A stretch of 64,000 bases of DNA from Octopus sinensis (GCF_006345805.1 NC_042999.1:83080001-83144000), one strand, 5' to 3'; numbered from the stretch's first letter, positions 47,752-62,375 are shown. Translations and numbers: made by a program. Notes: a model not told the origin generated them from the sequence alone.

Positions 47752-49137
47752 ACTTGGACAAATATCTTCTAGTATATAAAGATACAGGAAAAAACAGTAC
47801 CAATGAGAAAGCGAGCACATACATAGGATTTTAAAGTCATCTGAATTAACCCTTTAACTGCAAAATTGAATTTACCAAAAGCTGGTATTTTCTGCAAGTC
47901 ACATTGCTTCAATGAACTTGATATATCTCAGGAAAAAATAATTTCAAACATCAAACACCTCAACAAAAGATTGATTGGTATACAAAACTGCTCTTTGCCA
48001 TAAAGAGTAATGAAATTTTGAGTGTATACATTTGATTTCCACAGTAAAAGCTTTCCATTAAAAATTTAATGTTATTTTATCTTCCAAGCACCAGCTTAAT
48101 AATAACTTAATTTGCTAAATTCTTTGTTATTTTCATAACTAATTGAAACAAAGGTGATGAACGTTGTCAAAGCCTTTTGGTAGCCATTGTATGTTGTGCT
48201 CAGGCTTTTCTTTCTCTTATATTCTTCAGTTATGGTTTTATTGATGAGTAAATGATCTTTATAATATTCCCCCCACTCTTCTAGGTACAGGTTTTTGTTA
48301 ATTTTTTTTACCCCCAGTTACTTATTCATTCTGTGCTGTGAAATTTTTATTATGTAGGAAGGCAGGTTATGGGGGTTTTATGGTTTGCCATTTCTATTCT
48401 ATTAAGAATTAACCCTTTTGTTATTATATTTCTAATGAAATGCACTGCCTTTGTTTCTACTTATTTTGGAAAATAATGGGGAATTTAGTGAAATAATTTT
48501 GTCTTTATTAAGCTGGTGTTTACAACAAAAATCAACAGGAAGTTTTAAGGGAAGTTTTTAATTTAGATCACTTGAAAGCAGGAAGTTTGTATCACAGAAT
48601 AAGGATTGGTCTCAGGCAGTTTGATACAAAAAGGGTTGTGATAAATTTTCCCCACCAGTGAGTCAAGTCATGTACTGTCTCTGACTTTTTGTCTTCATCA
48701 TCATCATCATCATCGTCATCGTCATACTTCCATTTTCCATGCTGTCATGGAGTGGACGATTTGACTGGAGCTGGTAAGGCCAGAGGCTGTACCAATTTCC
48801 ATTGTCTGTTCTAGCATGGTTTCTATGGGTGGATGCCCTTATATATCTGCATGACCATGGTCTCTAAAATATTCTAATGAAGAAGTTTGGAATCTTATCA
48901 TGTGCCAGTTCTGCCAGTTCCTTCATCTTGGTTGCTTTTCATACCATCTGGGCCATTTCTTGTTACAGTTGCTCAGGAAACAGAGCATTGGACAGAATGT
49001 TTTATTGCATTCAACATGGTTCTTTCCAGTTTGAGTTCAAATTCTGCCAAGATCAACTTTGGATTTCATCCCTTTTGGGGGGTCAATATAACAACTTATC
49101 AATCAAGTACTGGAGTTGATAGTATTGATTAACCTTA

Positions 49138-49369
49138 AGGCGGCGAGCTGACAGAATCGTTATCGGACCGGGCGAAATGCTAAACGGTATTTCGTCTGCA
49201 TTACGTTCTGAGTTCAAATTCCGCTGAGGTCGACTTTGCCTTTCATCCTTTCAGGGTCGATTAAATAAGTACCAGTTATGCACTGGGGTCGATATAATCA
49301 ACTTAATCTGTTTGTCTGTCTTTGTTTGTCCTCTCTGTGTTTAGCCCCTTGTGGGTAGTAAAGAAATAG
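49138..49369 (+). mobile_element. SINE family B, full length, 16-bp TSD, nested in an older B variant (~48990-49420)
   Basis: TSD GTATTGATTAACCTTA at 49122-49137 and 49370-49385; head GGCGGCGAGCTGACAGAATCG. Confidence 0.92.
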
Positions 49370-49879
49370 GTATTGATTAACCTTATCCCTTCAAATTTTC
49401 TGGCCTTGTACCTACATCAGATATTTTTTTTGTATTTTTATCATCATCATTATCATTATTATCTGTGGCAGGCCTTGCCCTCCTTACATACATGTGTATG
49501 CACATACACACAATCTGTCCTCTGAGAAAACTATCCTCCTGCAACCAATCTTCCCAACACACACCCATCCCAACACCCATGATGACTACCCACTGCAGGC
49601 CTCCTACTCTCTCTCATGTACCTATGTGCACACTCTCCATGCCCTCACATATCTACCATACACACCCTCTCTCTCTCACTCTATATTACTCTCTAATTCT
49701 ATCACTCCTTCCTTTCCTTTTGCACTTGGATAACCAAGTATCTCATCTATGTTAAGATACCTGTCTATCCCTCTAGTATACTCAAGCCTCTCACCTGGCA
49801 CACTGGCACTTCCCTCAGTTTCCATCCCCCTCCCAGCTGAGAGGTCTTTGTCTCACAAGTTACTTGGTGGCCCTGCTGG

Positions 49880-50078
49880 TGGTCACCAGCACTAGTACCA
49901 CATAGAAAGCACCTAGTACACTCTGTAAAGTGGTCGGCGAGAGGAAGTGGCATCCAACCATAGAAACCATGCTAAAGCATACAATGGTGCCTGTTGCAGC
50001 TCTCTGGCTTGCCAGCTCTTATCAAACAGTTCAGTCCATGTCATCATGGAAGACGGATGTTGATGATGATGATGATAA
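49880..50078 (+). mobile_element. RTE 3'-UTR fragment (family C)
   Basis: AGAAAGCACCTAGTACACTCTG...GGAAGAACGG-like end followed by (GAT)n. Confidence 0.7.
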
Positions 50079-51169
50079 CTAAATGCAAGAGTGGCCGTAT
50101 GTACCACAAACAGTTTCACTATTAACATAATCTTAAGATAGCTTCAACATGACACAGTGTGAACAAAACTTGGTCTTCATTTCCGTTCATCAACTTAACA
50201 TCACTGTGAAGGGGTTGTTTTAATCTTTGAAGACACTGGCTCAAGATGCCCTGGGATTGAAACTGTCACTCCTGTGACTGCAAGTCAAAGTTCTTAACCA
50301 TGTTGCCATTCATACATGTATACACCCATACATACTCATATTTGCTTATTCAGAACTGCACCTTTACTCTGTTGCTAGTTTGAATTATTGCACTAATATT
50401 GTCTGCACATGTGTGTGTATCTATACATATATATGTAATTATCTATGTGTAGATATTAGCAAATATTTACACACATGGAAGTAGTGTGTGGTGCACATGC
50501 AAGCACATATGAAATGTGTGTATGTATATGACTGTATACACATGAATCCTTCCCCACCTGCCCGTGCCACACACAGATACAGACACACCTGTCTGTCAAG
50601 TCTTCTAAGCGGTTCTTATAGATCTTCCCTTATCTTCAACTATGCAGCACAGTTTTGTGTTTTTTTTTTCATTTTTCTTTTTTTTTTTAAATTTGTTTTT
50701 CTTGAAGAATCTCATCACTGTGATCCAGAACATCAACAATAACAAAGAATGCATAGTTAAGAAAATATTTAGTAGAAAAATAAAAGTAAAACTACATTGC
50801 CAGAACACACAGCTCACACACACATACATATAAACGCTTGCAAATGCATACACACAGTGAGTATATGTAATTCCTTGTAAAATAAATATATGTGCACATA
50901 TGTGCATGCACAACCATAAACAAATCTTATGTGCACCCACTCCACCAAATGAAAACATATCATGCTCAACATTCTGCATATATGCCTCATGTGCACAAGT
51001 AAATTTTTACATATTCATGTTCTCAATTACTGAATTACAGGTATAGGTGTGGATGTAAGGACTTTGCTTCCCAATCACATATTCTTGGGTTCAATTCCAC
51101 TTTATGACGTCTTGGGTTACTGTCTCCTACTATAGCCTCAGGTTGACCAAAATCTTGTGAATGAATTTG

Positions 51170-51420
51170 GTAGGTGGCACATAAAAAGCACCATCCAAAT
51201 GTGGTCAATGCCAGTGTCACCTGACAGGCTCCTGTGCCAGTGGCACATAAAAAGCACCCACTACACTCTGAGTGGTTTGCATTCTGAAGGGCATCCAGCT
51301 TACCAGATCAGATTGGAGCCTGGTGCAGCCTCCTGGCTGGCCAGTCCTCAGTCAAACCCTCCAACCCATGCCATGCATGGAAAGCGAACATTAAACGACG
51401 ATGATGATGATGTTGATGCT
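51170..51420 (+). mobile_element. RTE 3'-UTR fragment (family C) joined to a SINE A head (51045-51170)
   Basis: Two GGCACATAAAAAGCACC units; ATTAAACGACGATGATGATG terminus. Confidence 0.8.
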
Positions 51421-52239
51421 GATGCCATTGCAACCGAGGTAGACAGGTGCAGCCCTCCCCAACCTTTAGGTGGGCTGACTGGCTGGTGCCCGTATTCCTT
51501 TACTTATCATGAGGTATTTTTGGTGATGGATTTTCTCTGGGGAGCATGCCCTTGCTTACCCCCCAACCTCAGTTTCTAGACATGAGTGGTCCTGAGACCA
51601 AGGCCTCTACCATGATTTTTAAGAAATCGGGTGGAAAACTAGCTCAGGAAGGCAGGGATGCTACTCCCTGAGATCTCTTTCAGAGCCCTCCCCCTACTAC
51701 ACTTGTATATGTTTAATAATTATATACACTCTTGCATGAACAAATATATTGATATATATGTGTGTGTGTGTGTAATATTTATGCAGTTGCACATATGCAT
51801 TTATTATGCACACTCATGACACAATTACTTGTACATGTTGTTATCTGCACATGTCCACACATTAATTCTCACACTTTTGCGTTAAAAAATAGATGTCTGT
51901 CTTTCTTCATACCCTCTCTTTCTCTCTCTCTTTCTTTCTTACATGCACACACACGCACACACACAGTTACATGCGCCACCATTTTCAGTTTACACTCCTT
52001 TGCACCAACAAAGAGGCATATATCTTTGTCACACTCTTTCCATAAAGAATTCCATATAATTTTACACACACACACATGCACACACATACCCCCATGCATG
52101 ATGACGCCCACACATAATTAATTTACCCACCCCAGTCTTCCACCAAGAGAACACATGTCTGAGTCTGCTACAATCATTTAACAAAACAAACATGTTTAGC
52201 AGTTACTGCACACCTTTGTGCAACACCTGTACCATCTCC

Positions 52240-52407
<168 letters not shown>

Positions 52408-52840
52408 AGATTGTGTAAATAGACATGACTTTATACAGATTCTAATTTTGTCGAAGAAGAATACGTCTCTTGATATTCTAGATGTCTCCAAGTTTGCAAA
52501 CATCATGATCAGCATTGTTATCGTGTCACCGTCATCTTCTTTGTCATCAACCACTATCTATCTCTGTCAGCATTGCTACCACCACCGCTGTCATCATCAA
52601 CATCATCAGTTACCACCATCTCCATCACCAATGTCATCCATCATCTTCTTCGACATATCGTCATCATCATCATCAATACCATCATTATTGTAAACTGTTA
52701 TCAATTATTATTGTTAATAGTAATAGTAACAAGAGGGTGATGTATTGGCTGAAATGCTGACTTTAATCTTTCATCCTTTTTGGGGTCAGTAAAATAAGCA
52801 CCAGTTGAACATGGGTTGATGTAATCGAGTAATCCCCTCC

Positions 52841-53048
52841 TTATTTCTTTATTGCCCACAAGTGGCTAAACATAGCGGGGACAAACAAGGAGAGACAAAG
52901 GCATTAAGTCGATTACATCGATCCTAGTGCGTAACTGGTACTTTATTTATCGACCCCAAAAGGATGAAAGGCAAAGTCGACCTCGGTGGAATTTGAACTC
53001 AGAACGTAACGGCAGACGAAAAACTGCTAGCGTTTCTGCCAGCTCACC
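52841..53048 (-). mobile_element. SINE family B with an internal deletion, nested in a B variant (52760-53110)
   Basis: GGGGACAAACAAGG...GATGAAAGGCAAAGTCGACCTCGG...GCCAGCTCACC; the host element resumes on the right. Confidence 0.85.
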
Positions 53049-53313
53049 CTACTAAATCACCCCTCCTACTAAATTTCAGGCCTTGTGCCTTTAGTAGAAA
53101 GGATTATTATTATTTGGCAAACAGGCAGAATTGTTAGCACACTGCCTGAAATGTTTAGTGGTATTTCACCCATCGCTACGTTCTGGGTTTGACTTTACCT
53201 TCCATCCTTTCAGGGTCAATAAAATAAGTCCCAGTTGAAGACTGGGCTTGATGTAATTGACTCCTCTCCTCCCCCAAAGTTGCTGCCCTTGTGGCAAAAT
53301 CTGAGACCATTAT

Positions 53314-53348
<35 letters not shown>

Positions 53349-54954
53349 GTGAGGCTACAGAATAGTTACTGAACCATGCAAAATGTTTTGCAGTATTTCA
53401 TTTGACTTCATGTTCCAAGATCAAACTTTGCCACGGTCAACTTCACGTTTCATTCTTCACAGCTTGATAACCCCTTAATTTTGGGGCTTAAAATTTGGAA
53501 GAAAGGTTTTGTAAGGGATTATAAAACTATCCATGTATAAGAAATTTCCCATATTTTTTTAACCTAACTTTTGACAAAAAAGATTTCCTTATACACGTTA
53601 AAATATGGTATATACTCTCTTCAGCAGTTCTTGTCCCTATGTCAGTGTTAGAAATTAATATTATTTCAGTCAACTTGAATTGAAGTATTTAACAAGATTT
53701 CAATACTTTCTGACAGTAAATCTTGAAGAAGTCACTTTACCATTCATATTTTAGGATCAGTGAAGTCAAATATGGATCTTCAGCTAACTGAATGACTATA
53801 TGTAACCCACTTCTAATTTATGCTGTTGCACCATAAATTACAGTATCATTACAGTACTGTATCACTCTTAGTATTGTCACTCCTAAGTGATATTTAGTGA
53901 CAATCTTTTACATCCTGAGTTCAAATCCCACCAAATCCTTCTGAAGATAGAAAAAGAAAACAGTAAACCTTTAAAAACATTGTATCAGTCAAATACCAGG
54001 AAGTACATGATTGACTATTCATCTCTTCCTCCACCACCTGTGTCCTTATTTTCTTAATTATCATTTCTCATTAGATACTCTGCATTGAGATTTAAGAGTG
54101 ATTTTACTTAGAAGGAAACATTTGTAGAGATGTAATTGGTTCAAATATAGCACTCCAGCCTCAGTCCCTGTAATGATCACATTCCTTGCCAAGCAGCAAG
54201 GCACTGCTATGTACCAGTCTGCAGAATTTCAGTTCAGTTCAGGTGTCTAATCAACCAGGGATTAATTTATGTCACTGGATGGTCAACACCACCCCTACCA
54301 CCATTATCATCATTGTCGTCATCATCAATGTCATTAAAGACATGTAATCAATCATGTGCTAATTTGTTACTAGGTGGTTATCATCATGATCAAAGACCAA
54401 CATCATGTAGCTGTTCATGGATTAATTCATGGTACTGGATGACCATCTTCATCGTTATGATTATGATGGTTATCATAGCCATGTAACCAGTCTTGAATTA
54501 GATGACTGGATGATCATTCTAATTATATGGAATATCATCATCATCTTCTTCATCATGATTCATTTTCCCATACTGCCATATGTTCAACAGGTCTACTTAC
54601 TGTAAAAGCTTATCTTTGTTCTCACATCCCTAAGTGAAGCTTAGCAATTTTAAATGCGTCCTTATAGCATTTTTATCTGTCTTCATCTGCCACAGGACAG
54701 TGGTATCTAATACTAGTTTCAAATTTTGGCACAAGGCCAGCATGTTTCAGAGGGAGGGGTGAGTCGATTACGTCAACCCCAGTGCTAAACTGGTTCTTAT
54801 CTTATCAACCCTGAAAGGAATGAGAAGCAAAGTTTACTTTAGCATAATTTGAACTCGGAACATACAGAGACGAAATGCTGATAAGCATTTTTGCTCTGCG
54901 TGCTAACAATCCTGAAAACTCATCTCCTTAAAATGGTATCTGATATTGTCTGCT

Positions 54955-55200
54955 TTCTTACTTAAGCCCTTCGCTCCCCAAGGACCACAGGCCATCAATA
55001 ACTTTCCTCCACTGGTCTCAACTCTGGGGCTATCTCTTCCACCTCTCTTCCATGTCAAGGGCTCGTGTTTCCTGTGGGAAGATGTAACTTTTCCATCTCC
55101 ACTCGCTTGAGAAAAGGTCTTCTTATCCTAGGTCTTCGTATTGAATTGTCATCAATGCTTCTGTAACTTAAATGTTTTTCTAGGTAAGGATTTTGACCCT
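54955..55200 (-). mobile_element. 3' end of a second RTE-type LINE with a TAAG tail
   Basis: Reverse complement reads DQWRKVIDGLWSLGSEGLK* then TAAG; typical RTE-1-like C-terminus; the upstream part is heavily decayed. Confidence 0.6.
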
Positions 55201-55609
55201 GTGCAAAATTATTTTTATCTCTGGGAAGTGGTGGGCTGTATTAGCCTGGCCTTTATCTGTTGACTTGTGCAGCATGAGAGAGCCTTCTAGGAATTTGCAT
55301 TTCTCTGGCACAGTTATCAGGGTCTGTGGGTCAAACATGCCACCTTATTGTAACAAGAACCTGCTTTCGTGGTGGAATAGCTATCTGCATTACAGTATGT
55401 TTTCATCTGGCACTATATCCACCTTCTAGACACAATAACTAACTGATTGATGGCACTCAACACAATGAGCAAAATAACAAGCACTGCACATCCTGCAGTT
55501 CTTTTCCTTAACTGGCTTCCTTTCTCTGAAGCCTCTGCAGATTCCACCACACCCCCCTTTCCCCTCCCAACATCCAATGCCTAGGTGATGTTGCTCTACT
55601 GCATCATCA

Positions 55610-55800
55610 TTATCATCACCATTATCTTCATTTAACATCATTTTTGATACTGACATAGATTGGACAATTTCACAGGATCTGGCAAGCCAGAGGACTGCAC
55701 CAAACACCTCTGTCTGTTTTGACATGGTTGTTACAGATACCCTTACTAATACCAACCACATAACACAGTAGGTGCATTTTATGTGGCACCAGCTCAGGCA
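55610..55800 (-). mobile_element. RTE 3'-UTR fragment (family C), diverged
   Basis: CATTTAACATC...TGACATAGATTGGAC...GGACTGCACCA...GGTGCATTTTATGTGGCACC. Confidence 0.65.
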
Positions 55801-56769
55801 AGGTCTGTCTGGCATAGTTTTTATGGCTGGATCATATTTCTTAAACATGCCTCATACAGCCTTCACAACCATCAAAAACAGAAGTGTAAAGGAGATTGTA
55901 TAAACTTAGACGTATTGCCGTGTATGTATGAGTATACCTGTAAATGTGTCTGTTTATGTGTGAGTGTTGTTTACTTTAATGATAATCTTTTTAATTTAGC
56001 CATTTCTCAATAATCATTAACTTTTTTTACAGCCATTTTACATGTTTTTCTTTCTTTTATGTTCACTTACATGTGTATATGTATGCATGTCTGTGCTTGT
56101 TTGTGTCATGTGTGTGTGTGCGTGTGTGTGCGTTTACTTGTATGTTTATGTGTATCCGCCACATGTTTCGTCAACTGATTAATTGTTCTGTGATGAAGAT
56201 AATCCTCTTTTTTATAGTAAACTTAATTCAGTTAATCTAATGTTAGCAAGTTCTAATTGTATTAGTTGTGGTGGTGGTGGTGGTGGTGTGGTGGTGGTGG
56301 TGGTGGTAAAACTGATGTTTCTGTTGATGTTAAATACTCGTAGTCACAGTATTGGCAATGTTAGAAGCCATTGTAGTGGTCGTTGGAATCGGAGAAACAT
56401 TAGTAGTAAGTAGCTTTAGCAGTTATGGTGATAGGAGGTTGAAGTGTGGGGTAGGTACCCTTCTCCATAAACAATCAATGGTATGGGAAATGAATGCAGA
56501 AAGAGAAAGAGAGAGGTGGGGATGATAAAATTGTTAATTACGGTGATATTCATGAAGATGATGATGATGATGCTGGTGGTGATAATGTCAATGTCAAGAA
56601 CAGCAGCAACAAAAACAATAACTATTTATAACATGTACTCGGCCAGAAATTTTGAGAGGTAGGGACAATTGATCAAATCATCAAATTTATACCAGTACAT
56701 CACTGGTACATTTTTTTTTTTTTTTTGACTGGATCCAGAAGTATGAAAGGCCGATGCTGACCATGCTGA

Positions 56770-56872
56770 ATCCATCCAGCAGTTCTCGATTTATCTTGTT
56801 CACAGACAAACAAGTAAACAAACAAATAAACATAACTGAAAACAAAATCTCCGCCTTCGCTAAGGCAGAGAT
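56770..56872 (-). mobile_element. HINE/DINE-1-like (Helentron-associated) 5' fragment
   Basis: Reverse complement: hairpin CTCTGCCTT-AGCG-AAGGCGGAG followed by a GTTT/GTCT tract and GTGAACAAGATAA...GGATGGATT, the usual layout of HINE 5' ends. Confidence 0.5.
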
Positions 56873-56876
56873 GATG

Positions 56877-56916
<40 letters not shown>

Positions 56917-56918
<2 letters not shown>

Positions 56919-57418
56919 TCCCTGATGTAATACCAGACAGTGGCTTTCATGGCTTCTCATCTTAACTGATTGGAAGTGTTATCATGTACATTGTTTTGTC
57001 TTATATAAAAGATGGGCTACAGCAAATATTCTACTCAATGCTACAGATTTGCTTGTCAGTTGCTTGACCATAACCACTTGAGCATGTCCCTTAGTGGCTG
57101 CCAATATGTGCATCTCTGACCTTAAGGAGAAGTTGTTGGGGGAACATCACAGTCATGTGTTGAGGAATTCTTTGGGGTTTTGATAATTCGCCTCTGGAAA
57201 CATGGGTGTTTCATTCAACACCCTTAAACAACCCTTATTCAGGGACCTTTTGAGCGGGTTGGGCTACTTGACCTGTATGAGATCACCATGTCACGTACAT
57301 ATGGTTGTGATACATGTGCCTGGTGTACCCCTATCAGACAGGTAGTCATGATGGGTATACTGGGCTTTGTATATTTTACCCCAATGTCACTTTGATGACA
57401 TGCACTGCTCTCTCACTC
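56917..57418 (-). mobile_element. Element D, both ends present (internal ~50-bp deletion)
   Basis: Flanked by (TAA)n on the left and (AAC)n on the right; reverse complement starts GAGTGAGAGAGCAGTGCATG. Confidence 0.85.
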
Positions 57419-57528
57419 AACAACAACAACAACAACAACAACAATAACAATAACAGTAATAATGATAATAATAATAAGAGTAATAGTAATAGTAATAATA
57501 ATAATAATGATAATGATAATAACAATAA

Positions 57529-57990
57529 GTGCCCTGATGCAGTACCAGCCAGTGGTTCTCATGACATCTGATCTTAACTGATTGGAAGTGTAGTCATGTA
57601 TATGTTTCATCTTGATATAAATGATAGGTTATAGCAAATATTCTACTCAGTACCACAGATTTACTTGTTAGTTGCTTGACCGTAACCAGCTGAACATTTC
57701 CCTTGGTGGCTGACGATATGTGCATCTCTGATCACGAGCAGAAGTAGTGGGAGCAGGGGCATCATAACCATTCCTTGGGGTTTGAATAATTCACCTCTAG
57801 AAACATAGGTTTTCCGTTCATCATCCTTAAACAAACCTTATTCAGGGAACTTTTGAGCAGGATGAGCTACTCGACCTGAAGGAAATCCTAACTGGACCCC
57901 CCCCCACTTGCAAAGTCATGTGCTGTTTATCTTGATATGAGATCACCATGTTGCACATATATGGTTGTGATGCATGTACCTGGCATACCC
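57529..57990 (-). mobile_element. Element D, 5'-truncated
   Basis: Same 3' end (GTGCCCTGATGCAGTACCAG) against (AAT)n; aligns with 56917-57320. Confidence 0.85.
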
Positions 57991-58149
57991 TAATATCATC
58001 AGTCACAGTCCTAGACTAGTATTTCATTTTATCAAATTAGTGTAACTGAACTCAGAACTTACAAAACTGTAATAAATACTGCAAGGCATTTTCTTCCAGC
58101 ACCCTAATGATTCTGTCAATACACTTCCAGTAACAATAATCGTTTCTAC

Positions 58150-58345
58150 TGTTTCTACTATAGGAGGCACAAGGCTTGAAATTTTTGGGGAGGGGGCCAG
58201 TTGATTAGATCGATCCCAGTTCGCAACTGGTACTTAATTCATCAACCCCCAAAAGGATGAAAGTCAAAGTCGACCTTGGTGGAATTTGAACTCAGAACGT
58301 AGTGACGAGTGAAATACCGCTAAGCATCTTGTGCAGAGTACTAAT
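58150..58345 (-). mobile_element. SINE family B variant
   Basis: GGAGGCACAAGGCTTGAAATTT...GATCGATCCCAG...GGATGAAAGTCAAAGTCGACC...GAAATACCGCTAAGCAT. Confidence 0.8.
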
Positions 58346-58596
58346 GATTATGCCAGATCGCTGCATTAATAATAATAATAATAATATTAATAATAATAAT
58401 GATAATAGTAATGATAATAACAATGGTAGTAATAATATTGTTGAATGTCTCCCATGATAATTTAACAACGAAGTATCAAAGCTTATAATGTGCGGAAAGA
58501 GGCCCTGTGAGACCTCTGACAGCTAGCTGATGTCCGTTCTCACAGAATATACCAGAACAAACAAGACCGAGCATTCTGAGAATTAAAACAATGATG

Positions 58597-58642
<46 letters not shown>

Positions 58643-60602
58643 CTTTTTCTGCTAAAAACACAAAATCTGAAGTTTTGGCAATGAAGGTTAGTCAATTTTG
58701 TCAAACCTCCCCCCACCCACTGCTCAACTGGTATTTATTATGTTGACCATGAAAGACTGAAAGATAAATCCACCTTTACATTCAGCTTTGATAATTATAA
58801 TTCATAATTTTGGCCCAAGACTGGCAATTTGTAAAGGTGACAAGTGGTAGTGTGTGAGTCTGTGTGTGTGCAGGGGGCGGTTGTTTATTGCATTGGCTCC
58901 AGTGCCTGAAAGGATGAAAAGCAATGTCATCACCCTTGGCTGAATTTGAACCCAGAATGTAAAATAACTGAAAAAAATTCTAAGAATTTTGTCTTCTGCA
59001 TTAATGATTCTATCACTAATGATGATGATGTTCATTTCAATGTAATTTGGATGTGTGTGAGGCTGGGGTGAGCTGGGTGCATATAATTAATTAGTTTGAC
59101 CCCAGTACCTGGCTGCTGTTTAGGTAAACAGCAAGAATGGAAATCAGTAAAACACCCCAATGGCGATTGAACCACAAAGTGAAAGTAATATAACTCGATG
59201 ACACAAGGTACCTTTTGTGATACTGTATAGATTCTGTTATCCACCACCTGAAGAATAACGACAACTGTGATTGATGATTAATTAGAGTCAGCACTAGCCT
59301 AGAAGTTATAAAGAAGTGAGTGCTATTGTTGATAATTGAAATAATCCCAGTATATTTATTGATTAATACCCAGAGGGGCCAGGCGAAGTTAACCTCAGCA
59401 GAGTTTGAACTCAGGATAAATACAGAGACCATAGTGAGAGGGAAGGTTGATTAGGTCTAAATTGCTGATTAGTCATTTAGTTGGTGGTAGTGGTGATTAT
59501 GATGATGATCGACTACCATTTCTGCTTTTAATTGCTTTATTGTTATCTATGGTAGTGAGTATGACAAGTATCGTTATGATGATGATAGTTGATGGCAGTT
59601 GTGGTGGTGGTAGTGGAGATGGTGGTGACGATGTTGATGATGGCGATGGTGATAAAGATGAGGAGATAATGATGGCAACGATTTAAACTAATGATGATTA
59701 TGAGAATGGTGATAATGACAACGGCAACAATGAAGATGATGATGATAATGATGATGATAATCATCGCTGCTGCCGTCATCGTCATCATCATCATTACCGT
59801 CATCAAAACTAATTTATTTTCCAACAGCCAAATTTTCACGATCTTTTATCGTGCCACTCATCTGCCACTAATCTCCCGATAATCTTTCCTCTTCGATTTT
59901 TGAGTAAAGGGGTGGGGAATATGTTTTGATAATTTTTTTTGTTTTGCTTTTTCTGTTCTGCAACAACATCAAAAACTACAAACAAAACAAAATGGAAAAA
60001 AGAGAAGACGAAAAGAAAACCCCATTAATTAAGCTGCTTTTTTTTTTTATGAAAGCCAATTATATTTGTATTATATTTCAAGTTGCTCTGAGGTGGTACT
60101 GGGGTGGGTGTTAGTGTAGCAAGATGGTTTTGTTGCTCTCTTGTTTTGCTTTTCAACTTCAGGTTCTTTTCTGAGTTATCTCCCCTTTTTTATGGGGTAC
60201 TTTAGCTCTTCATTTGTCCTATCCATCTTATTGCAAACATATAATGTACCTTGTTGGAGTATATAGCAACAATAAACCTCTGTTGGCAGTCAATGCAAGT
60301 CGTTTTATCGGGTCAACTCTCACTGAGCAAATGTACGATCAGATAGATGTGTTTCTGCTGTGACTGTCCTTACTTTTCCTCTTTAAGGGAAATCCTGCTG
60401 CTTTTTCTAGCATGCCAGCTGACCATGAAGAGGCTCCCTTATTGATTTTCAAAATGCCAGTTGAGATGTTGGTGAGCAGTGGCTTTGTGGATTGCATTGG
60501 TGCATGTATTTATGTATGAATGTATGTACACACATATATGCTCACACACACACACACACATGCATGCATACATATATACATACGTGTACACATACATACA
60601 TG

Positions 60603-60637
<35 letters not shown>

Positions 60638-61299
60638 TTGTCCTTCATTCTGGTAAAATGGAAAGTGTCTGTGGATTCATGATTTGTGGAGACTACTTAC
60701 ATTAATGGTGGTTGTTTTTCTTCATAGATAATCTTATTAAGCTTAGATAACGCTTCAATATCGCTATCTAATTTCGGGAGGTGAAGTTCTGTGGCACAGA
60801 TACATGGCAGGCCTCTTTCAAGTTTTTTTTCCTACCAAATGCACCCCCAAGGCTTTGGTCAACCCAAAGTAGAAGATACCTGCCTATGGTGCCACGCAAG
60901 CAACCCCTGAAACTAAAACCGTGACACCGATGCATTACAACTGCAAAATATTACAACCACTGAAAGAAACATACTAACCAACACCTACTAGTACCAACAC
61001 TTAATAATCACTGATCACTGACACAGTTCTGGTCTGTGTGTGTGTCTCTCTCTCTCTTTCTGTCTCTCTCTCCTTCTCTTTCTTCCTTTCCTTCTTTCTC
61101 TCTTTTCTCCTCTATCTGCCTCTTTCTCCCTTTCCCTCCCTCTCCCCCCTCACACACACACACACACAAACTACCTACAGTCATTTTTGATACAAATACT
61201 ATTTCCTTCCTTTACCTCTATTATTACTACAGATGGCTTTTGCTTCTCAGAACTAACAAGTTACATAAAGATATTTCTATCCCAGTCTACTAGAAAGAC

Positions 61300-61370
<71 letters not shown>

Positions 61371-61931
61371 CCTCCTCGCAGTATTATTTCTATTATATCT
61401 CATACCAGACTTTGCACTGAACACTGTTGATCATCTCTTGATGATGGTCTTTTGGAATTTTTTTCTTCTGCACCAGGAAAGCCTGTAAATATCATGGGTA
61501 TCTTGACAATTGTATAAAAACAAACACAAACTACACACAAACGTATACTACATATATAGATAAACATATCTCCACCTTGTCTATATATTTCTTGGCTTCT
61601 AAGGATTGTATAATTTTGTGCGTATATATATATATATATATATATATATTTGCGTGCGTGTGTGTGTATGAATTTAAAAGAGTTGTGACACACCAAAGAG
61701 TTTATATAGATTTATTATTTCTATATAAGTAAATATATATCTAACATCATAAAATGCTATGTGGAAGCCTTAAAATAATTTAGACTTCATAACCAGGCCC
61801 TTGAGGGAGATGTCTGTTTATCAACCGAAGGAGTGTGATTTTGATCTAGTTTTGTCTCTTTCAGCTTCAGTGCAAACATTAAACCATATATGTTATTTTA
61901 ATCAGATGGTATATGTATATATACAAATATA

Positions 61932-61987
<56 letters not shown>

Positions 61988-61999
61988 AATGTGTATATA

Positions 62000-62270
62000 G
62001 ATATATCTAAGTACGTATATATATATATATATCTAAGTACGTATATATATATATATATATCTAAGTACGTATATATATATATATATATATATATCTAAGT
62101 ACGTATATATATATATATATATATATACAGACCCCAGTTGAACCGTCCAACCCATGCTAGCATGGAGAACGGACGCTAAATGATGATGATGTATATATTT
62201 ATATATATACATATACACAAATGTGTGTGTATATATATATATGTATATATTATATATACATATACACAAA

Positions 62271-62329
<59 letters not shown>

Positions 62330-62350
62330 TTATATATACATATACACAAA

Positions 62351-62375
<25 letters not shown>
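62000..62375. repeat. Two TA-embedded minisatellites: ATCTAAGTACG x4, and TATACATATACACAAATGTGTGTG x3
   Basis: Read directly; separated by a short RTE tail at ~62125-62190. Confidence 0.9.
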
